From Polyangiaceae bacterium (GTDB taxonomy: Bacteria > Myxococcota_A > Polyangia > Polyangiales > Polyangiaceae): a stretch of DNA of 64,000 bases. The notes under the pieces are model-generated. The model made no database searches. It saw only the letters and a list, made by a program, of their open reading frames with translations, and had not been told where the DNA came from. The DNA lies in contig JAXLYQ010000026.1 of assembly GCA_046351315.1 (NCBI GenBank), forward strand, positions 1,471 to 65,470, read 5' to 3'. Shown one piece after another: positions 29,559 to 39,180 of the stretch (positions are counted from its first letter, which is position 1; every line of letters begins with the position of its first letter). A program made the translations under genes and the position numbers.

Positions 29559-29582
29559 ACCGAGCGTTGTAGTCTTCGCTCG

Positions 29583-30770
29583 ATGCAAGTCGTCTACACA
29601 CAGTCGCCGATGCCCTCCTCGATGTCGGCTTCGATCTTTCTTGCTGGGCCTACTCCACGATCGGCTGACACTCCTTCGTGGAGACCCGAGGCGTTGCGCC
29701 TTCTCGAAGCCCGCGGGTTCGATGGTGTGGTGTTTGTCCCAGAGTTCAAAGACGGCTTCTGGCGAGGCAACTACGACGATCAGGTCGGCTGGGAAGAAGA
29801 GGCGCTCAATCAGGCCGATTGCGTACTTTTTTGGGTGCCGCGCAACCTCGATACGATGCCCGCATTCACCACCAATGACGAGTGGGGTTGGTGGAAGGGC
29901 TCAGGCAAAGTGGTCTTTGGCGCCCCTGAGAACGCAGAGAAAATTCGCTACCAACAGTGGTGGGCTGAGCACCTCGCAGTGCCTCATGCGACGACACTCG
30001 AAGCGACCATCGATCATGCGCTCTCGATGATCGGACAACGACAACCGGGTGATCTTCGCGAAGGAGCAGAGACGCAGATCCCGCTCGTCGTGTGGCGAAA
30101 ACCAGAGCTCCAACGTTGGATACAAACCCAACGAAAGGCTGGAAATTCTCTTCGAAAAGCGCGACTACTCTGGACGCATCGTGTCGGGCCTCAGCGCGAC
30201 ATCGTGTTCTTCTGGGCGCTACATGTCGTCGTGTACGTTGCCGCCGAGGATCGACTCAAGAAGAACGAGATCTTGGTCGGGCGAGCAGATATGTCGGCGA
30301 CCGTGCTCTACAACAAAGGGGCAACGCTGCATGGCACCGAGGTGGTGTTGGTTCGTGAATTTCGAAGTCCGGCGAGCACTCCGGATGCGTTCGTTCATGA
30401 GCTTCCTGGTGGTTCTTCCTGGAAGGGCGGCGACCCTCGCGAGGTCGCGATCGAAGAGGTACGTGAAGAGACGGGTACGTCGATCGTTGATGCCCCGTTG
30501 CGCTGGAGAGAGGTTGCTTCACGACCGCTCGCAGCGACGTTCTCGGTTCATCACGGGCATGTGTTTGCGTGTGAGCTGAGCACCGATGAGATCAACGTAT
30601 TGCGATCGAAGATTGGCGTCGTTCAAGGCGCGCCAGATGATTCAGAGCGAACGTGGATCGAAATCCGTACCGTGGGTGATTTGCTTGCGAAGCGTGATGT
30701 GGATTGGTCGACGCTCGGGATGATCTTGAGTGCGTTGGTGGGTGCAGGCGGGCCTTTCGAAGCCGGCTGA
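29583..30770 (+). CDS. fusion protein: nucleoside 2-deoxyribosyltransferase-like domain + Nudix hydrolase domain
   Basis: N-terminus 'IFLAGPTPRS...WRPEALRLLEARGFDGVVFVPE...CVLFWVPRN' has the Rossmann-like deoxyribosyltransferase pattern. The C-terminus carries a Nudix box 'GGSSWKGGDPREVAIEEVREETGTSI'. Confidence 0.55.
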   Translation: MQVVYTQSPMPSSMSASIFLAGPTPRSADTPSWRPEALRLLEARGFDGVVFVPEFKDGFWRGNYDDQVGWEEEALNQADCVLFWVPRNLDTMPAFTTNDEWGWWKGSGKVVFGAPENAEKIRYQQWWAEHLAVPHATTLEATIDHALSMIGQRQPGDLREGAETQIPLVVWRKPELQRWIQTQRKAGNSLRKARLLWTHRVGPQRDIVFFWALHVVVYVAAEDRLKKNEILVGRADMSATVLYNKGATLHGTEVVLVREFRSPASTPDAFVHELPGGSSWKGGDPREVAIEEVREETGTSIVDAPLRWREVASRPLAATFSVHHGHVFACELSTDEINVLRSKIGVVQGAPDDSERTWIEIRTVGDLLAKRDVDWSTLGMILSALVGAGGPFEAG

Positions 30771-30816
30771 TTCGCAATCAATCGAGTGGGCGCTCTCGTG
30801 CTAGTGTCGCGCGCGC

Positions 30817-31311
30817 ATGCAGCGGAGCACCGCACAACGCAGAGCAATTCAGCAGGTTCTCGAAACCGCTGCGCGACCGATGAGCCCTCAAGAAGTGCTC
30901 GATGGAGCGAAACAGATCGTGCCTGGTCTAGGCATCGCGACGGTCTATCGAGCGCTCAAAGAGTTCGTCGACGAAGGTGTCGCGACACAGGTGCAGTTGC
31001 CTGGTGATGCAGCTCGCTACGAGATCGCGGGCAAAGGCCATCACCATCACTTCCATTGTCGGTTGTGCGGGCAGGTCTTCGAGGTTGAAGACTGTCACCT
31101 CGACATTGCGCAGATCACTCCGCCCGGTTTCGAGGTCGACGACCACGAGATCGTTCTCTACGGGCGTTGTGCTTCGTGCGTGAAGCCGTTACGCACTCGG
31201 TTTTTTTGCGCGCTTTGCTTTCGGGAGGGTGTTCGGTGCCTCGGCCACGGGCTTGGCCAATACCGAGCGCCCTCGTCCTTTTTTGGTGGTTTCAGCCGGT
31301 GGTGGGTCTGA
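30817..31311 (+). CDS. Fur-family metalloregulator (Fur/Zur/PerR)
   Basis: 'QRRAIQQVLETAARPMSPQEVLD...ATVYRALKEFVDEGV', 'HHHHFHCRLCGQVFEVEDCH', 'CASC'. A roughly 35-aa C-terminal extension overlaps the convergent GNAT gene. Confidence 0.8.
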   Translation: MQRSTAQRRAIQQVLETAARPMSPQEVLDGAKQIVPGLGIATVYRALKEFVDEGVATQVQLPGDAARYEIAGKGHHHHFHCRLCGQVFEVEDCHLDIAQITPPGFEVDDHEIVLYGRCASCVKPLRTRFFCALCFREGVRCLGHGLGQYRAPSSFFGGFSRWWV

Positions 31312-31950
31312 TTTCGCCTTCCCTGCTTTGGCAGGCCCCGGGCGAACCGACGGCGGTGGGCGTGATGGCTCGGGCTTCTTGGGTTTGACGGGCCGCGGCG
31401 GCAACAGCTCGGCGTCGACGTTGATCTTCTTCGCCAAGAAAATCGCGGCGTCCATCTTGTAGAACGATCGCGCTCGATAGAACTTCAGCGCTCGCTCGTT
31501 GTTCTCGGCGACCTCGAGAACCAAGTGCGTACAACCTCGAACCCTCGCAAGGTGATCGAGCTGCTCGAGTGCGAAGCTACCAATGCCTCGACCTGCGTAA
31601 TCTGGGTGTACGGCTAGCTCTTCGACGAACAGCGGACGCATGTCGCGCTTGGCGAAGTAGCGTTCGTTCATCCAGTTGTCGGTGCCCAAGATCTCGAACG
31701 CACACTCGGCGTACGCGACGATCTCGTCTTTACCGTCGTGACTGACCTCGAAGAGAAGTTGTTCGATGCCTTCCTCTTCGTAAACCTCTAGAAATCGCTT
31801 CTTCGAGCGAGGTCGTTGATACTCGACCGTCTCTCGGTTCACCGCTCTGAAGCAGAGCTTCAAGAACTCCCACACCTGATTCAAATCCCGTCGGTGAATC
31901 CTCCGAACTCGAACGAGAGGCGCCTCTGTTTCGCTAGCGTGATCAGTCAT
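31189..31950 (-). CDS. GNAT-family N-acetyltransferase with Lys/Pro/Ala-rich (histone-H1-like) C-terminal tail
   Basis: Start 'MTDHASETEAPLVRVRRIHRRDL'. GNAT core '...LFVEELAVHPDYAGRGIGSFALEQLDHLARVRGCTHLVLEVAENNERALKFY'. Tail 'KPKKPEPSRPPP...AKAGKAKS...PKAKRAKKPSA'. Confidence 0.55.
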   Translation of the reverse strand: MTDHASETEAPLVRVRRIHRRDLNQVWEFLKLCFRAVNRETVEYQRPRSKKRFLEVYEEEGIEQLLFEVSHDGKDEIVAYAECAFEILGTDNWMNERYFAKRDMRPLFVEELAVHPDYAGRGIGSFALEQLDHLARVRGCTHLVLEVAENNERALKFYRARSFYKMDAAIFLAKKINVDAELLPPRPVKPKKPEPSRPPPSVRPGPAKAGKAKSDPPPAETTKKGRGRSVLAKPVAEAPNTLPKAKRAKKPSA

Positions 31951-31969
31951 AGGAAGAACCTGGAAGCGG

Positions 31970-32881
31970 TCATAACACTCTATGCCGTCGCCGCGCATCC
32001 TCGGGTGAAATCGCCTGGAACCGAATGACGCTCCCACTGCGACGCGAGAACAAGCGCCCCAGCTCGGTGGACGCAACCACCGCGATGACCGGATAGCCTC
32101 CCGTGGTCGGATGATCGGGGCCCAACACGATCGGTTGCCCTGACGATGGAACCTCGATGGCGCCCTTCACCATCGGCATCGACACTCGAGTGTCACTCGA
32201 TACCTGTATGGGTGGCCCATCACGTGTTTCGAGTCGCAGCCCAACACGGTTGCTCGAAGCCAAAATGACGTACTCGCGAGACAAAAATGTATGCACCGCG
32301 CGCTCGGTGAATCGATCGAGATCGGGCCCCAACACCACGTCAAATGGTGCCCACTCTTCTCGAGGATCATCGAGCCACCACGATTCGAACGATGTGATCG
32401 CCGTCACGCTGAGCGTCGGGGTTGAAGGCGAGATCGATTGAATGGGAAGACGATCGCCGTGTCGGAGCATTCGCCCTTCGAAGCCCCCCACCTCGCTCGA
32501 TAGAAGAGTGCTGCGTGAGCCGAGAAACAACGGGACATCGATGCCTCCGTGGATCGCGAGGTATCGCGCTCGTCGGCCCGTGGGCAGACCGATTGTGTAG
32601 CGGGTGTTGGGCTCGAGACGTGCGGACGATCCATCGTCGTGCGCCACCCAGAGTGGCTCGCTCGAGCGAATGACCGCCTTGCCAACGATCTCGAGCGCGG
32701 CTGTGTTGGGGGCGTTCCCCGCTGCAAGGTTGGCGCGAATCAGCAGCTCGGGCACCCATGCCCCACCGTGAGGCACGCCACGCCCCATCGAGCCAAATCG
32801 CCCTAGATCTTGCACGGTGATCAAACCGACGGCGGATACAATTTCGAGCGTCGGTAGAGTCGTCGTGTGCGCTTGGGTCAT
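31970..32881 (-). CDS. pxpC: 5-oxoprolinase subunit C (PxpC; allophanate hydrolase subunit 2 family)
   Basis: 303 aa. A cyclophilin-like 'biotin-dependent carboxyltransferase' fold. Third gene of the pxpA-pxpB-pxpC arrangement, with overlapping stop/start codons. Confidence 0.75.
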   Translation of the reverse strand: MTQAHTTTLPTLEIVSAVGLITVQDLGRFGSMGRGVPHGGAWVPELLIRANLAAGNAPNTAALEIVGKAVIRSSEPLWVAHDDGSSARLEPNTRYTIGLPTGRRARYLAIHGGIDVPLFLGSRSTLLSSEVGGFEGRMLRHGDRLPIQSISPSTPTLSVTAITSFESWWLDDPREEWAPFDVVLGPDLDRFTERAVHTFLSREYVILASSNRVGLRLETRDGPPIQVSSDTRVSMPMVKGAIEVPSSGQPIVLGPDHPTTGGYPVIAVVASTELGRLFSRRSGSVIRFQAISPEDARRRHRVL

Positions 32882-33492
32882 GGGGTTACAGGAGCAAATC
32901 GAACGAGGTCACCGATGACCAATCCGCGATCGTTCGAGATCGAAAACGGGTGCGCACCAACGACTCGACCCAAGAGATGCCAGCCTCCGGGTGAAGCGGT
33001 TGGGTACACGCCCGTGTAGGGCCCAGCCATGGCGAGACTGCCTGGTGCGACGCGAGAGCGCGGTTCGCTTCGCCGCGGGATCACCAACGCTGGATCGAGC
33101 GGACCAAGGTAGGCAAATCCAGGCAAAAAACCGATGGTTTTGACCTCGTATACGCTTTCGCTGTGTGTGCGGATCAACTGGTCGCGAGAGAGACGAGTGG
33201 CCTCACATACCGTGTCGAGATCTTCGCCGTCGTAGATCACGCTCACGACGTGCTCGATGGGCAAAGGTGCATCGACCGCAGGGCTGTCGAGAGCGGAGCT
33301 CAGTGCCTGGTGATCAAGAGATGCGCCTGGTTGAAGGTAGAGAGCGAATGCCGTCTCGGTTGCGACGACATCGAGCACTCCGGTGAGACGAGAGAGCGCT
33401 TGAACGACGCTCGAACGAGCTTGCGTCGAGAGAGGTTCGACGAGTGTGATTCGGTAGGCTGTGTCGCCCAGCGGCGTGATGTGTGCGTTCAT
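32878..33492 (-). CDS. pxpB: 5-oxoprolinase subunit B (PxpB; allophanate hydrolase subunit 1 / KipI family)
   Basis: 204 aa, 'TIGFLPGFAYLGPLDPAL...RVAPGSLAMAGPYTGVYPTASPGGWHLLG'. Confidence 0.75.
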   Translation of the reverse strand: MNAHITPLGDTAYRITLVEPLSTQARSSVVQALSRLTGVLDVVATETAFALYLQPGASLDHQALSSALDSPAVDAPLPIEHVVSVIYDGEDLDTVCEATRLSRDQLIRTHSESVYEVKTIGFLPGFAYLGPLDPALVIPRRSEPRSRVAPGSLAMAGPYTGVYPTASPGGWHLLGRVVGAHPFSISNDRGLVIGDLVRFAPVTP

Positions 33493-34220
33493 GCGGGCGC
33501 TCGAGACATCTCATCGAGTGTCGAACGTACGGCTTTCGCGATCTCGACCGCGTTGGCGGTATCACCGTGAACACACACCGTTTGCGCTTGCCCGAGCGTG
33601 ACGAGCGCGCGTGCTCGAGCTGCTGCCTCGTCGGCATTCGTGATCAATGCGCCCGGCTGACCTCTCGGGATCAACGAGCCATCGGGACGCGCCCCTCGAT
33701 CGGCGAATACCTCGGCGAAGAAACGAGCATCGTGCTGTTCGCAAAGGCGCTGAAGTGCACCGTTCGCTTGTGCAACGAAGACGATGTCTGAGCCCAGTGC
33801 GCGACGAGCTGCATTGAAGACAACGCGTGCGATTTCTTCGGAGCGGTGGGTGTCGTGATAGAGCGCGCCGTGAGGTTTCACATGCTCGACCCGAGCTGAG
33901 AGCTCACGGCAAATCTTTGCGAGATCGCGGCACTGTCGTTCGACCGAGGCTGCGAGCTCATCGAGCGACACCTCGAGCGATACTCGACCGAAACCCTCGC
34001 GATCATCGTACGAAGGGTGCGCGCCGATACCTGTGTGGTGAGCGAGTGCGTACGTGACCGCAGTACGCATCGAGGTGGTGTCTCCGATGTGTCCGCCACA
34101 CGCGATGTTGACGAGATGAGCGAGCTGGTAGAGAGCCTCGGGCTCGTTCGGAAGCTCTCCGGCGTCGATGTTCAAAAGCACGAGCGCGAGTGTGGCATAA
34201 GGGGCCGATGCGATCGCCAC
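33489..34220 (-). CDS. pxpA: 5-oxoprolinase subunit A (PxpA; LamB/YcsF family)
   Basis: 'LLNIDAGE', 'VNIACGGHIGD', 'HPSYDDREGFGR', 'VKPHGALY'. The true start is probably GTG/CTG near 34181. Confidence 0.8.
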   Translation of the reverse strand: MAIASAPYATLALVLLNIDAGELPNEPEALYQLAHLVNIACGGHIGDTTSMRTAVTYALAHHTGIGAHPSYDDREGFGRVSLEVSLDELAASVERQCRDLAKICRELSARVEHVKPHGALYHDTHRSEEIARVVFNAARRALGSDIVFVAQANGALQRLCEQHDARFFAEVFADRGARPDGSLIPRGQPGALITNADEAAARARALVTLGQAQTVCVHGDTANAVEIAKAVRSTLDEMSRAPA

Positions 34221-35388
34221 TCACGCGGAAGCTAGCGGGGTTTGGGACAACCATTTTCACCGAGATGACCCGGCTTGCGAACGAGCACGGAGCCGTGAAT
34301 CTGGCCCAGGGCTTTCCGGATTTTGACGGACCGATGTGGCTCAAAGAAGCGGCTGAACGTGCGGTGCGAGAGGCCCATGGTCAATACGCTCGATCGGCGG
34401 GGCACCCCGCGTTGGTCGAAGCCATCGCCCAGTCGATCGAGAGCATGCGTGGGTTGTCGTATGACCCGATGAGCGAGATCACCGTGACCTGTGGAGCAAC
34501 CCAGGCCATCCACGCCGCCATCTCAGCGATTTGTGATGTGGGCGATGAGGTGATCTTGTTCGAGCCCTTTTACGATTCGTATCGCGCATGCGTCTGCCAG
34601 GCGGGTGCAACCGTGCGTGCCGTACGGCTCGAGGCCCCTGATTTTGCTCTCGATCGACAGGCGCTCGAGCTCGCGTTCTCGGCACGAACGAGGGCCATCG
34701 TGTTGAACACTCCGCACAACCCAACGGGCAAAGTCTTCACGCGCGAAGAGCTCTCGTTCATCGGCGAGCTTTGTCAGAAGCACGATGTGATCTGCATCGC
34801 CGACGAGGTGTACGAGCATCTCGTATACACGGGCGAACACGTGTCGATCGCCTCGTTGCCAGGGATGCGATCTCGCACGATTACGCTGTCGAGCTTGAGC
34901 AAGACCTTCTCGTTTACCGGGTGGCGTATCGGTTGGGCCGTTGCTGATGCGCCACTCACCGAAGCGATCCGGTGTGCGCACCAATTCTCGACTTTCGCGG
35001 CTCCGACCCCGATGCAGATCGCGTCCGTCGAGGCGCTTCGTGTTCTTGCTCGTGACTCGAGTTATCGCGACGAGCTGCTCGCCGAGTATCGCGGGCGACG
35101 CGAGTTGTTGATGGAGGCGCTCTCGTCGGTGGGCTTCGATGTCATCGCTCCCGCCGGAGCCTTCTTTGTGTGCGCTGGGTTTTCTCGCCTCGGGTACGCA
35201 GACGACGTCTCGCTTTGTCGTGCGTTGGTGACGCAAACCAAGGTGGCGGCGATCCCCCGAGTGCCTTCTTCGAGCAGCCAGCACGAGGGGCGAGCTATGT
35301 GCGCTTCGTGTTTTGTAAGCGTCGAGAAACCCTCGAAGAGGCTGTGCGACGGCTCAAAACGTCTCCTTTTATTCATGACACTGTTTGA
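34208..35388 (+). CDS. class I/II PLP-dependent aminotransferase (methionine/kynurenine aminotransferase-like); frame broken at C5 run 35254-35258
   Basis: 'NLAQGFPDF', 'VLNTPHNPTGKVF', 'SLSKTFSFTGWRIGWAV'. The expected C-terminus ('PPSAFFEQPARGASYVRFVFCKRRETLEEAVRRL') is read in the +1 frame (ORF 35170..35388). Confidence 0.75.
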
Positions 35389-35443
35389 TGTAACAGTGAA
35401 TGTGACAAGATACTGACCTGGCTCGTATCAAGCCAAGACATGC

Positions 35444-36247
35444 GTGAGTGATGTTGGTTGGGTGGTCGCCATCCTCCTGTTTTTCATCGCTCACTGGACA
35501 CTCTCGATCTTCGCGCAGACGTTCTTTCTGCACCGCTATGCGGCGCATCGAATGTTCACGCTGTCGCCGTTGTGGGAGCGGTTCTTCTACCTCTTCACCT
35601 ACGTCGGACAGGGCTCATCGTTTTTGATCCCGCGTGCGTACGCGATCTTGCATCGCGAGCATCACGCGTTCAGCGACACCGAACGAGACCCTCACTCACC
35701 TCACTTCTCGTCAAACGTTGCCGAGATGATGTGGAAGACGAAGGAGAGGTATCACGGCTTGGTTCGGCGAACGATCTCGCCCGAGCCCCGCTTCGAAGGT
35801 GGCCCTGAATGGACGGCCCTCGATCGTCTCGGCGATAGCTGGGTGAGCCGCATTGGCTTCGGCACCCTGTACACGCTCTTCTACATCGCGTTCGCCCCGC
35901 ACTGGGCCTTCTTCGCGCTGCTACCCATTCATTATATGATGGGTGTCATTCACGGCGCGATCGTGAACTGGTGCGGTCACAAGTACGGCTACCGCAACTT
36001 CGCCTCGAGCGATCTCTCGCGCAACACGCTGCCGTTTGATCTGCTGACGTGGGGCGAGCTCTTTCAGAACAATCACCACAAGCTCAGCATGTCGCCCAAC
36101 TTCGCTGTACGTTGGTTCGAGCTCGATCCGACCTATCAGGTGATTCGCGTTCTCTCGTGGCTGGGTGTGCTGAAGATCTCTCCTCATGCTCAGAAGCCGC
36201 GCTGGTCACACGAGCTGAGTCGATCACACGCTGGCACCGAAGCGTGA
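35444..36247 (+). CDS. membrane fatty-acid (acyl-CoA/acyl-lipid) desaturase
   Basis: Histidine boxes 'HRYAAHR', 'HREHHAFSD', '[10 protein letters not shown]', 'QNNHH'. Multiple TM helices. Confidence 0.75.
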   Translation: MSDVGWVVAILLFFIAHWTLSIFAQTFFLHRYAAHRMFTLSPLWERFFYLFTYVGQGSSFLIPRAYAILHREHHAFSDTERDPHSPHFSSNVAEMMWKTKERYHGLVRRTISPEPRFEGGPEWTALDRLGDSWVSRIGFGTLYTLFYIAFAPHWAFFALLPIHYMMGVIHGAIVNWCGHKYGYRNFASSDLSRNTLPFDLLTWGELFQNNHHKLSMSPNFAVRWFELDPTYQVIRVLSWLGVLKISPHAQKPRWSHELSRSHAGTEA

Positions 36248-36304
36248 GGCTGACGTGACGACAGCGGTTACAGCGACTCGACGGACAGTGTACTGTCGCG
36301 CTCC

Positions 36305-37324
36305 ATGGGTTACGGCCATACCGTCGACGCTGTAGTTGGGCAGCTCACTCGGTTGCTTCACGTTCGCCCAACGACGACCGACACGACTGACGACTTCGAG
36401 AAGCACTACGTCGATATTCCGATCGAAGAGCTGTTTCCGAGGCCATTTCGCATGCCCACCATCAAGCGTGCGCGGCCGCTTCTCTCGGGTGCTCGAACCA
36501 CCGAATCGCTGTCGTGGCCAAGCTCGCACCTGACCTTGTCACGAGCGTATCGGCATCGTCATGAGCGAGACTATTCGGCGAACTTGATGGCGCACGCGCG
36601 ATGGATGCACCCGCGTTTTGGTCGCCGTCGCTCGCTGTTGATCTACGTGCATGGGTGGCTCGAGCCAGGCTCGTGGGTCGAAGAAAACACGTTGATGCCC
36701 CGCTGGTACAAAGACCTCGGCGTCGATGTGGCGTACGTGCAACTGCCGTTTCATGGGTGGCGCTCTCCTCGTGGGCAGCTCTTTCCCGGAGAGTGGTTTT
36801 GGACAGCCGATCTCGTTCGCTCGATCGAAGCTGTTCGTCAGGCGATGTGCGACTTGCGCACGTTGATGACGTACTTCCGAGACTTCGGATACGAAGAGAT
36901 CGGCGTCACGGGTCTAAGCCTCGGTGGCAGCATCACGATGCTGTCAGCCTGTCTCGAGCCCACGCCCGACTATATCGTTCCGCTGATTGCGCATCTCGAG
37001 CTGCGAGAAGCGCTCGAAGAGGCACCGATCTTGTGGCGAATGAAGACGGATCTCGAGCGTTTTGGCGTGAACGCGGATCGTCGGAAGAACCTCTTCGATC
37101 GTCTCGCCATCACTGGCATCACACCGAAGCTCGCTGCGGATCGACAGCTCTGGATTGCCGGTCGCGAGGATGGATATCTCAAGGCCGAGCTGGTCGAACG
37201 ACAGTGGGAGCGATGGGGACGACCTCCGATCGAGTGGCTGGTGGGCGGGCACATGACGTTTGCGCTCGAGCTCGAGGGAATCCTCGCGCGTATGAAAACG
37301 ATGCCCCGCGCTGCGAAATTGTGA
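36305..37324 (+). CDS. alpha/beta-hydrolase fold protein
   Basis: Nucleophile elbow 'GVTGLSLGGS', 'IYVHGW'. Downstream acid and His residues plausible. Confidence 0.55.
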   Translation: MGYGHTVDAVVGQLTRLLHVRPTTTDTTDDFEKHYVDIPIEELFPRPFRMPTIKRARPLLSGARTTESLSWPSSHLTLSRAYRHRHERDYSANLMAHARWMHPRFGRRRSLLIYVHGWLEPGSWVEENTLMPRWYKDLGVDVAYVQLPFHGWRSPRGQLFPGEWFWTADLVRSIEAVRQAMCDLRTLMTYFRDFGYEEIGVTGLSLGGSITMLSACLEPTPDYIVPLIAHLELREALEEAPILWRMKTDLERFGVNADRRKNLFDRLAITGITPKLAADRQLWIAGREDGYLKAELVERQWERWGRPPIEWLVGGHMTFALELEGILARMKTMPRAAKL

Positions 37325-37361
37325 CCGCGCGCGTCGGCCTCTGCGTGCTACGGCCCCACGC

Positions 37362-38594
37362 ATGAGTGTGCGCATTGCGGTCACCGGCATGGGCGTCATC
37401 TCGCCGATCGGCAACGACGTCGATACGTTCTGGCAGTCTCTGGTCGCCGGCAAGAGCGGCGTGTCGATTCTCGATCGCTTCCCGATCGACAAGCTGCGTA
37501 CCGACGTGGCCGCGGTGGTGCGCGACTTCGACATCGGTGACGCGATGGACGAGAAGGAGAAAAGCCTTCACGGTCGCGTGACCAAGATGCTCGTTGGCGC
37601 CGCCAGCCAAGCTCTTCGTCAGGCTGCGCTTCCGGAGAGTTACGATCGAGATCGCGTCGGCGTGTTGCTCGGCCCAGGGCAAGCACCGGTCGAGTTGCTC
37701 GACGAGAACTTTGCCAAGGTGGCCGAACGAGGCGTGCGTGTGGTGTCTCCGTTTTTCGTGCCGACCGTGATGCCCAATGCAGCGGCAGCGTTGGTGTCGA
37801 TCCGTCACCAGTTTCGGGGGCCCAACTTCTCGCTCGCCAGCGCTTGTGCCACGGGCGTTCACTCACTCGCTGTGGGCGCGATGATGATTCTCACCGGCGA
37901 GGCCGATGCGATGGTGGTGGGCGGTGGAGAAGCCGCGATCGTTCCGTCGTGTGTGGCGGCGTTCGGTAATGCACGAGCGCTTGCTCGATCGATCGAGGGC
38001 GACGCAACACGTGCTTCTCGTCCCTACGATACAGGTCGCAATGGCTTCGTGATGGGTGAGGGCGCAGGTGCGCTCGTGCTCGAACGCGAAGACCTTGCTC
38101 GCGCTCGCGGTGCCACCATTTACGGCCTCTTGAGCGGTTGGGGGATGAGCGGCGACGCTGAGCATATCGTGCGACCGCACCCCGAGGGGCGAGGTGTTGC
38201 ACTTGCCGTGAAGGCTGCGTTGAAGCGAGCCGAGATCACCCCTGAGCAGCTCGGGTACATCAACCCGCACGCGACCTCGACTCCGCAAGGTGACATCGCC
38301 GAGTACTCGGCATTGCGTGCTTCGCTCGGTGATTCGCTATCGAAAACGCCGGTGTCGGCAACGAAGTCGATCCTGGGTCACCTGCTGGGTGGCGCGGGGG
38401 CCGTCGAATCGATCGCGACCGTGCTCTCGCTGCATCACGGCGTGGCGCACCCGTCGCTCAATCTCGACAACAAAGATCCCATCTTCGAGCTCGACATCGT
38501 GACCTCTGCACGCGAGCTGAAGATTCAGCACGCCCTCAAAACTTCCGCTGGCTTCGGTGGACACAACGCAGCTCTGGTATTCTCGCGACCATGA
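37362..38594 (+). CDS. fabF: 3-oxoacyl-ACP synthase II
   Basis: 410 aa. 'IAVTGMGVISPIGN', active-site Cys region 'SLASACATGVHSLA', 'HATSTPQGD', 'TKSILGHLLGGAGAVE', 'GFGGHNAALVF'. Confidence 0.9.
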   Translation: MSVRIAVTGMGVISPIGNDVDTFWQSLVAGKSGVSILDRFPIDKLRTDVAAVVRDFDIGDAMDEKEKSLHGRVTKMLVGAASQALRQAALPESYDRDRVGVLLGPGQAPVELLDENFAKVAERGVRVVSPFFVPTVMPNAAAALVSIRHQFRGPNFSLASACATGVHSLAVGAMMILTGEADAMVVGGGEAAIVPSCVAAFGNARALARSIEGDATRASRPYDTGRNGFVMGEGAGALVLEREDLARARGATIYGLLSGWGMSGDAEHIVRPHPEGRGVALAVKAALKRAEITPEQLGYINPHATSTPQGDIAEYSALRASLGDSLSKTPVSATKSILGHLLGGAGAVESIATVLSLHHGVAHPSLNLDNKDPIFELDIVTSARELKIQHALKTSAGFGGHNAALVFSRP

Positions 38595-39088
38595 CCCTCG
38601 GCCCTTTTCATCAGTTCGTGCAGACCCTCGACGACGATCAACGTGAGGCGTTGTTGTCGTCGGTTCCGATGCTTGCGGCGATGGTGGTTGGCGCCGATGG
38701 TGACTTCGACATCGACGAGATGGAGGCCACGGTCGACGCGATGCTTGCAGCGGCAGACGTGCTTGGTGATGAGTTCCGATGGAGCGAAGAAGCCAAGAAA
38801 GAATTCGATCACATCTGCGCGAGTGTTCGCGAAGGTGGCGTTCAAAACGCTACGGCTCGACTGTCGAGGCTAGGTGAGGTCGTTCGCTTGATGCCCGATG
38901 AGCTTCGCCATCGATATCAAGACTTCGTGACGGCGATGGTGCTTCACCTCGCCGAGGCATCGGGCGGCTTCTTGTTCTTCATCGACAGTGTCTCTGAAGA
39001 AGAGAAGATCGCGCTTCGCAAGATCGTCGCAGCGCTAGGGTTGAAGATCACCGACCCACTCGATCGCGCTCGGCTCGATCTCGACTGA
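38591..39088 (+). CDS. hypothetical protein (TerB-like helical bundle?)
   Basis: 165 aa, acidic and helical. Its ATG overlaps the fabF stop, so likely co-transcribed. Confidence 0.35.
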   Translation: MTLGPFHQFVQTLDDDQREALLSSVPMLAAMVVGADGDFDIDEMEATVDAMLAAADVLGDEFRWSEEAKKEFDHICASVREGGVQNATARLSRLGEVVRLMPDELRHRYQDFVTAMVLHLAEASGGFLFFIDSVSEEEKIALRKIVAALGLKITDPLDRARLDLD

Positions 39089-39180
39089 GCGTTACCTGCG
39101 TTATCTGACGAGACCCGCTCCACGCGTGACGAGAGCCGGTGTGGAGCTCTCGTTGCCGCTGAACGACGCTCGTCAGCGCG

